Origin: Octopus vulgaris | Taxonomy: Eukaryota | Direction: 5' to 3' | Length of the DNA stretch: 64,000 bases | Assembly: GCA_951406725.2 (NCBI GenBank) | Contig: OX597831.1 | Location: 79,856,001-79,920,000 of the forward strand | Shown here: in pieces, positions 55,649 to 64,000 of the stretch | Position numbering within the stretch: position 1 is the stretch's first letter | Layout of the letters: each line of letters starts with the position of its first letter | Position numbers and translations under genes: made by a program | The notes under the pieces: generated by a model | The model's input: only the letters and a program-made list of their open reading frames with translations | Databases searched by the model: none | What the model was told of the DNA's origin: nothing

Positions 55649-55749
55649 GAAACCCTTACAATGCGAAACCAAATCGAAGCCATTATTGATTAATAATTCT
55701 TATTGCAATAACAATAACACTAGTAATGAGGATAAACTCGAAAACGACG

Positions 55750-55873
55750 ACATTGATGATGATGATGATGATGATGACGATGATGATGATGATGATGATG
55801 TTGATGACGAGGATGATGATGATGATGGTGATGGTGATGATGATGATGGTGATGATGATGATGATGGTGGTGG

Positions 55874-55919
<46 letters not shown>

Positions 55920-56006
55920 GATGGTGATGGTGATGATGATGATGATGATGATGATGATGGTGATGGTGATGATGATGATGGTGATCACGATGATGATGAC
56001 GACAAC

Positions 56007-56050
<44 letters not shown>

Positions 56051-56135
56051 CGATGACGATGATGATGATGATGATGATGATGGTTATGATGATGATGATA
56101 TTGATGATGATGATGATAAAGATGATGATGATGAG
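55750..56135. repeat. (GAT)n microsatellite
   Basis: Direct reading; source of the poly-D and poly-M ORFs. Confidence 0.95.
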
Positions 56136-56622
56136 GAGGAGGAGGTGGTGGATTTTATCCCGATACGAGGGCACCTCTATCTCTCGCCACCCGATGATTC
56201 ATGCCATGTAGTATCACCAAACACAAAGCCTCTCATTTACTATTACTTTTTTTTCTTTAACTCGATTCAGCCATGCGCCTGCGGTCATGCTGGAGCACCA
56301 TCGCGTGCGTTCGATTTGTGAGATGCGATTAAAATACTTTCCTGTTACTTTATGTAAGCGACCCCTTACCGGAATAATGACAAGCAAAGTGGAATCGAGC
56401 AAAAATTGAACCCACAACGTAAAGTTTGTCACAAGGTAAATAAAGGTAACCTACATCCCAACAGAAAATTAATCCCATCAACAGCAAAGATGCATTTCAT
56501 CATTTTGATAACAACCCCTCTGGGACCATCCATATTTTTTTATATTAGACCTCTCTTCTTTAAAGTGATATGAATTATATAATTTTCACCAAAATTCGTG
56601 CTAGTTTATACTCCAAATTGAT

Positions 56623-56920
56623 TGTTCCTTCTCGAGCCATGCCTGGCTCATAAGGGCCGGTTGTCCGGTTTCCTTGGGGTATAGGTTCCCCACCTGGACG
56701 GGACGCCGGTCCGTCGCAGTTGAGCTACTTGATGCAGGAGGAAAGAGTAAGAGAAAGTTGTGGCGAAAGAGTCAGCAGAAGTTCGCCATTGCCTTCTGCC
56801 CGAGCTGCTTGGGGCTTAGGTGTTTCGCTCATAAATACACACATCACCCGGTCTGAGATTCGAACCCGCGATCCCTCGGCCGCGAGTTCGCTGCTCTAAC
56901 CACTAGGCCATGTGCTTCCA
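56623..56920 (-). mobile_element. SINE family C with a different 3' tail
   Basis: Minus-strand head GGAAGCACATGGCCTAGTGGTTAGAGCAG...GGTTCGAATC; body matches 41026-41210; flanked by TTAT..TCCAAAT on both sides (possible target-site duplication). Confidence 0.85.
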
Positions 56921-57189
56921 CTTATGTTCCAAATAGAAGCTCTATAATGACAAAGTTATTTTACCAAATTCTTTATAATTTTCTTAATTAATCGTAAGAA
57001 AAGCAATGTATAGGGTGGCCATCCACCCGCTGACATTCTGTTTTATAGTGGTCTAAATGAAAGTTTTCCATCAAAGTTTTTCATGTTAATACACGTCTCC
57101 AAGACAAGTTTAGTTATGTCAAAGTTATTTCACTAAATTTATTATTCTCAAAATTAAATGAAACAAAATTGAAATATAACTTTTGAAAT

Positions 57190-57503
57190 ATAAGTTTTGG
57201 CCACTATAGGCCCAGGCCATGTCTAACTTAATGGCACCACTTGGTGAATTCTTTTATTCATAAAGGTGGTACCATGGCTCACTCAAGCAAAGAGTTATTA
57301 TTGTTGGAGACATATCCGAGTGTAGGAGGTTAATCCGGGATTTTGAAGGGAAATTTGTCCAGGGAACTTTTGAATTTTATGGGATCTGTTTACGTTTTGA
57401 TGTATTTTGATATAGTATTAAAGAGAGCAGAAGCGGCGGGGATAAAGTAGTTGTGCTGTAATGTTGCTATGTTTCTTGAGTTCGATTCTTGTAGTGGGCG
57501 GAT
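57190..57503 (-). mobile_element. CR1/L2-group LINE 3' end fragment (same family as 45596-45870)
   Basis: ALFNTI...FKSSLDKF..KIPD.PP..GY....NSLL; shared UTR block GGTGC.ATTAAGTTAGACAT.GCCTGG. Confidence 0.72.
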
Positions 57504-58158
57504 AACAAAAGTATATTAAGAAAGGTTAAATGGATCCCCTTTTTTAAGCCAACACAAATTAAGTGGTGATAGGGAAAATGCACAAGGAGAGCAGGGGTTT
57601 ACAAATCTCTAGGCTATGGTACCCAATTTTATTTTATGGTTTCTCGCCAGAATAGAATAGATTTGATAAAATAAACCTTACCGTTGTGTACAAGCATCTT
57701 ACAATGTGTATACAAACGAAAATACATACGGTATTGTGATTAAATGCAGCATGAACAACAATGAATAATCGCCTCAATAAACACTTGAATCCTTTGAGTA
57801 GTTAGAAAATATTCGTTTTATATAGTAGATAAAAACCGGTGTTGTTGAAGAAAATATATTAGTGTTTCTCTCCAAAGTACGATTTTGGAAACATCACAAA
57901 TTATATTGGATAGAACGCAGTCACAACAAAGAGGTCAAGGAGACACCTACTATAGAATAAACCCAAAAAAAAAAAAAGAAAAGAAAAGAGAAAACTTTTG
58001 GAAGCCCGTTTATTATTTTTTTTTTTAAACTAAACTAGACAGAACATGGAGTGTTTGGTTAATAATGATAATATGGCTGATTCAACTCCTGGAGGGAGCG
58101 GCGTTTGTACAAAGCACTTTGTTACAAGTTGCTCCAGTTATTCACACAGACACACATA

Positions 58159-58194
<36 letters not shown>

Positions 58195-58247
58195 TGTATG
58201 TATAAACTTTAGGCTATTTCTGTTGCTTTTCAATAAAGTGTATATGT

Positions 58248-58298
<51 letters not shown>

Positions 58299-58839
58299 AA
58301 TGTTTGGGCTTCGTACGAAGCAGTAGGACTGAACCCAGAACAGCATGGTCACAATGCGAGCTTTTACGTACACCGCCATTCCTGTGCCACAGAGCAAAGT
58401 TTAATGTCCATTTGTATACCGATCACCACGCGCAAAGAATTGTTTATTTTTCTTTTGAGTGTTTATGTATGTGTGAATGTGTGAGTGTGTGTGATTGCCT
58501 AGACGTTTTTATGTGTATGTATAGAGATATATATATTGGTGTGTGAGTTAGTGTATGTATTTAGATATGGTTATATATACTTAGTTTTATGTGTATGAGC
58601 ATGTGTGTATATATAGTTTATTTTTATTTTGTTTTTGTTTTTGTTTTTTGTTTTTGTTTTTTTGTTTTTTGTTTTTGTACATCTTTAAATATGAGAACTT
58701 TAATAATAGGTTTCTTTATATTCAATTGTTTATAGATTATATATAGATTATATATAGATTATATATATTTATATTTTTCATTGATAATTTTATTATTTTA
58801 AACTTATATTTTAATATATTGATATTTTAGATCGAAAAT

Positions 58840-58882
58840 CCACCTGACGAATGTCATTGAAGACATGAAACGATTGTAGTGG
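58840..58882 (+). ncRNA. Minimal type I hammerhead ribozyme motif, canonical core
   Basis: CCAC-CTGACGA-ATGTC-ATTGAA-GACAT-GAAAC-GATT-GTA-GTGG: stem I CCAC/GTGG, stem II ATGTC/GACAT, short stem III AC/GT; predicted cut after 58878. Confidence 0.82.
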
Positions 58883-59058
58883 CGGTTTATTTCTTTATAT
58901 TAAAAATTTTTATGTATTGATTAAGTCTTTCCTTGTTTGTTTTGCAAAATAGTGGTTTTGTCTCGAATTAATATTATATAATATTTTACTATAAAATTGG
59001 ATTTAATCCTAAATCTGATTTTTTCCCTGTAAATTTGGATTTATTCCCTAATATTTAT

Positions 59059-59097
<39 letters not shown>

Positions 59098-59098
<1 letters not shown>

Positions 59099-59286
59099 GC
59101 CATGATAGATCGCTAGACAGTACGCATTCTTTATTTGCTCTCCTTGCTTCTATCTGTGTTCCTTTCTGTAGAAGAGCGTAGGCTCGAAACGTTAAAGACT
59201 TTTTCAATTCTCGAGAGTTATACTAATACATCTGTTTGCTGTCTACACCACCTGTCTTCGAACTTTGTTCTTTTTTGTGAATTCTC

Positions 59287-59290
<4 letters not shown>
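59098..59290 (+). mobile_element. Short (TA)n-flanked element with a core-mutated hammerhead (59166-59193)
   Basis: CTGTAGA-A-GAGC-GTAG-GCTC-GAAACGTT; same family as 25255-25470 and 34690-34826. Confidence 0.6.
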
Positions 59291-59343
<53 letters not shown>

Positions 59344-59408
59344 ATGTATATACATGTATGAACGCATATATGTATGTATATATGTATGTATATATGACTG
59401 TATGTATA

Positions 59409-59444
<36 letters not shown>

Positions 59445-59501
59445 TGTATGTATGTATGCACGTATGTCTGTATGTATATATACATATATATGCATATATA
59501 T

Positions 59502-59568
<67 letters not shown>

Positions 59569-59675
59569 TCTATATAGGTATGTATATAATATGTGTTCCG
59601 TGTACATCTATACGTGTATTCAATAATGGTAGGTAGAGAGTACTTTAAAAAGGCACGAAAACTCGTATTTGTTTA

Positions 59676-59745
<70 letters not shown>

Positions 59746-59832
59746 CAGAGAGACAGAGAGAGAGAGAGAGCATGAAAATAATGTAGGTTTTCAGGTAAAT
59801 GTAATATTATGATCAAACCATATATTCGCGTC

Positions 59833-59866
<34 letters not shown>

Positions 59867-59889
59867 TACACATACACACACTCTCTCTC

Positions 59890-59948
<59 letters not shown>

Positions 59949-60124
59949 CCATGCATACAAAGATACATACATACATACGTACGTACATACAGTTCGATAC
60001 ACATGTATATACGTACCTAAATATTGCATATAAACTTATGTATACACATGCTCACAAGTGTCGCTGTATCTGATTTTCGGTTTTTCTTTTTCTCCTCAAA
60101 TAAAATTCGTTTTTGTTTCATAAA

Positions 60125-60171
<47 letters not shown>

Positions 60172-60317
60172 ACATACTTCTCTTTCTCTCTCACTCTCTC
60201 TCTCCCTCTTGTTCTTTTACTCACTCTTTCTCTCTCTCTTTTTCTTTTACTCACTCTCTCTTTCTCTCTCTTCTACTCTGTTAGTCTTACCCATGCCTTG
60301 TCCCTGCTGGGTCCTTT

Positions 60318-60354
<37 letters not shown>

Positions 60355-60902
60355 TCAATTCTCCCTTTCTGTCTCTTACACCCTCACACTCTCTCTTACA
60401 CCCACACTCTTTCTCAATCAACACGCACATTAATTCTCTTACTGCCACTCTCTCTTTCTCTTTCTGTCTCTCTAATCCTCACGCTTCCTCGCTTCGTAAC
60501 TTACTCCTGCTTTCTCCATCTTAATCCCGGAATCAATCTTTTAATCCGTTTCTCTTTCTATGTCTCTTTTCTGCTTCCTCACTCTCTCTCTCTCTTTCAC
60601 GCACACTCTCTATCCCACTCTCTCGCACACTCTATCTTTCCTTTATTCTTTTTCCTTCCCTCTCCCTTTCCATCTCACTCTCTCTCTCTCTCTCTCTCTC
60701 ACTCTCTATCCCTCTCTCTCGCATACTCTATCTTTCCTTTTTTCTTTTTCCTTCCCTCCACCTTTCCATCTCACTCTCCCTCTCTTTTTCTTCCTCGCAC
60801 CAATACTCACAAACACACTCGCGCGCGCACACACACGAAATGAGTAACCAACATGGCAGAAAGTGGAAAACAAATGAACCAAAAAATGACCCAAAATGAA
60901 TA

Positions 60903-60938
<36 letters not shown>

Positions 60939-60979
60939 GGGAGGATGGAGTTTGTAGATATTCATATGTATATATGTGT

Positions 60980-61020
<41 letters not shown>

Positions 61021-61493
61021 TGTGTGTGTGTGAGTGTGTGTGTGTGTGTGTATAGCTACAGAAATAAATATGTAAAATTCTGAAACCCGACCAAAGGAAC
61101 ATAAACGCCAATGAGAAAACGAAAGTGAAAGTAGTTGAATGCGTTTGTATTGAATGGGGAGAAAGCGAAGGAAAGAAATAATGAAAGAAACATAACAACT
61201 GAGAGCTACACAAAACAACGACAAAAACAACACCGGAACGCCATATAACAACAGCAACAACAAAAATGGAGAAAACACAATAAGCTAAGCAAAAAAAATT
61301 GAGAAGAAATTAAATAACTAAAAAGTCATAATAATGATTACATATACATGTGTGTGTGTGTGTGTGTGTCTGTGTGCGTTCTTGTACGTGTATATATATA
61401 TTAGAATATTGAATAATTATATATAGATTTAAAAACAATTCTAAATCAAAGCGGAGTTATTAATTTTATTATTAATATTAATAAAAACATTAC

Positions 61494-61595
<102 letters not shown>

Positions 61596-61624
61596 TACTA
61601 TTATTATTATCATTATTATCCTTA

Positions 61625-61685
<61 letters not shown>

Positions 61686-61974
61686 TATTATTATTATTAT
61701 CATTATTATCCTTATCATTATTATTGTTATTATTATTATCATCATCATCATCATCATCATCACCCTCATCATTATTATTATTGATCTTGTTGCTGTTATC
61801 TTTATTATCGTCATCGTCACCTTCACCATCAATATTATTATGGTTGTTATTGATATTGTTACCATCGACGTCATCATCATCATCATCGTCGTCGTCATAA
61901 GCATCAGCATAATCATCAGCATCATTACTATTAATATTGTTGTTGTTGTTCTTCTTCTTCTTATTATTATTATT

Positions 61975-62014
<40 letters not shown>

Positions 62015-62685
62015 TTGATGTTTTTTAACCATCATTTTTCAATCGTCTTTCAATCGGATTTCTATTTTGCTGGTTGGTCTGATTTGTGTTGGCTGTATTT
62101 CATCATGGCGTTACAACACATATCGATCAATCGATGTGTGGGTCGCTCTGTCTGTCTGTCTGTTTGTCGGTTTGATCGGTCGTTTTTGTCGGTCGGTAAC
62201 TTGTGATGAAAAATTCTACATCCGGTATATCAATCAACTGAACTCGGTACTTTTGTTCAGACACACACACACACACACACACACACACTATCCCACATGT
62301 ACACACACATTGCCAGCCACATTACATACACCACACAGACATACACACATATAAGCACAGAAATATACACACACAAAAAAATACACATGCAAACACACAT
62401 AGATACACACACACACACTGTACGCCGCCGCCGCCACCACAACTACGCACCCATCAATTCTTGCACCCGCCCATACTGCCAGTCATCTTAAACAAACACA
62501 CACACACACACACACAAATAAAGATGCACACGTACACATACACACACACAATTAAAGATGCACACGCAGATATAGATACACACATACACACACAAATAGA
62601 CACACGCACAAACACACACACAAAAAAAGGCACACACATATATAAACATACAGATACACATACAGACGCTTATACACACACCACA

Positions 62686-62726
<41 letters not shown>

Positions 62727-62779
62727 CAAACACACTATCCCCTAAAATCCTGACAGACAAGAATAAGGAGAATTAGCCA

Positions 62780-63180
62780 GGCAAGCAGGCAAAAACCGGA
62801 AGTTCGGAACTGTTGTCGTTTCGCTAAGCATAATAGACTCGGAATAAACAGACGCCTCCCAAAATAGTTACATAGCTAATATCCTGAGCGTTTATTACAG
62901 GCAATATGGAGAGAAGTGGTGGGGGCGGGTAGGTGGGGCCCGTAACAAAACATCTAACTAAAGCTACGCTAACCTTAACCTAACCTCCAACAGGGGGGAA
63001 GCCAAACCAATACTACCCTTCACACATAAAAATACATATTCGTAACTTGCGTCGCCCTCCCAACTTTCGCCGCCATTTCCCTTTTTTTCTGTTTTCTGTC
63101 TCTCTTTCTCTCTTTTTTTCCGCCATTTTTGCGTTATTTCAAGTGTGTCATTACGGTTGGTTATTAGTAAAGGAGCGCTG
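62780..63180. promoter_or_regulatory. Candidate promoter/enhancer island
   Basis: Non-repetitive, CpG-retaining segment with ETS ACCGGAAGT (62795-62803), GC box GGGGCGGG (62922-62929) and YY1-like CGCCATTT at ~63071 and 63121; no transcript evidence. Confidence 0.35.
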
Positions 63181-64000
63181 AAGCGTTCAAGCGAGAAAGA
63201 GTGATTGAAGGAGAGAGCGAGAGAGAGAGAGAGAGAGGGGAGAGAGAGAGACGAGAGAGAGAAAGGGACAGAGCGACGGAGAGAGAGGGAGAGAGACAAA
63301 CAGACAGAGAGAAAGGGGGCTTAGAGAGAGCAAAAATATATCAAAGAGAAAATATTCAAAGAGAGACTGCGATGCGACCACACACACACACACACACACT
63401 GTACATACATATATACATACATACATACATGCATCTTTCAATATGTACATACAGACTCACACTCACACACACAGACATATATATAGGTATATATTTATGC
63501 ATACCTGTATGCATGTGTATATATATATATGTTTGTATGTATGTATATATATATATATACACACATACTTATATGCATGCACATCTATGAGTATCCGCAC
63601 ACACACACATATATGTATATATATATATATATATATGGAATCAATGAATGTAGAATGTAGGGCTGGCGAGATGTAGTAAAACTCTGTTGTACGCCATTTA
63701 TTGCTAAAGTCGGGTGCATGAATAGCGAGAAAGGGTGAGACACAAAATTATATTAAAATGTATTATGTCTATATTCATATAAACGTTTCGTTCTAAATTT
63801 ATATACATTTACGTTATGACTGTGCACGCGTATACACATATATGAATATATATACAACGATATCTACGTATATATATATATATATAAATATCGTTATGTA
63901 CATTCTTTCCCTTGCACACGCGCGCACACACACATTCGTAGATGTTAACGTATGTTTATATGTCTATATATATATACATATATGTTGGTATGCATATATA

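Noticed and set aside
55686-56321. 211-aa poly-Asp ORF resembling an acidic biomineralisation protein
   Set aside because: It is a (GAT)n microsatellite open in several frames, has no signal peptide, and runs into a SINE tail.

Overview
This is AT-rich eukaryotic non-coding DNA, most likely from an octopus or other coleoid cephalopod. That assignment is inferred only from the SINE families and the extreme (TA)n/(TACA)n/(TAA)n/(GAT)n microsatellite load. I find no credible host protein-coding exon, and almost all listed ORFs are microsatellite translations. Supported content: (1) a decayed R4/Dong-type non-LTR retrotransposon (RT, CCHC zinc knuckle, restriction-like endonuclease) sitting in a (TAA)n array, with a duplicated 3' fragment and an inverted internal copy that carries a 178-bp perfectly identical tract; (2) remnants of Penelope (GIY-YIG), RTE and CR1-like LINEs and mariner MITEs; (3) dozens of tRNA-derived SINEs from at least three families; (4) a 3'-truncated U2 snRNA pseudogene, and a 28S rRNA fragment fused to a SINE; (5) the best hunt result, a dispersed set of minimal type I hammerhead ribozyme motifs in small (TA)n-flanked non-coding elements. 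Three look foldable (58840-58882 +, 37761-37852 -, 34703-34739 +) and several more are degenerate. Minimal hammerheads are established for Penelope-like elements in general. Whether these particular cassettes are described or active cannot be decided from the sequence. Repeat boundaries are approximate to within about 10-30 bp.
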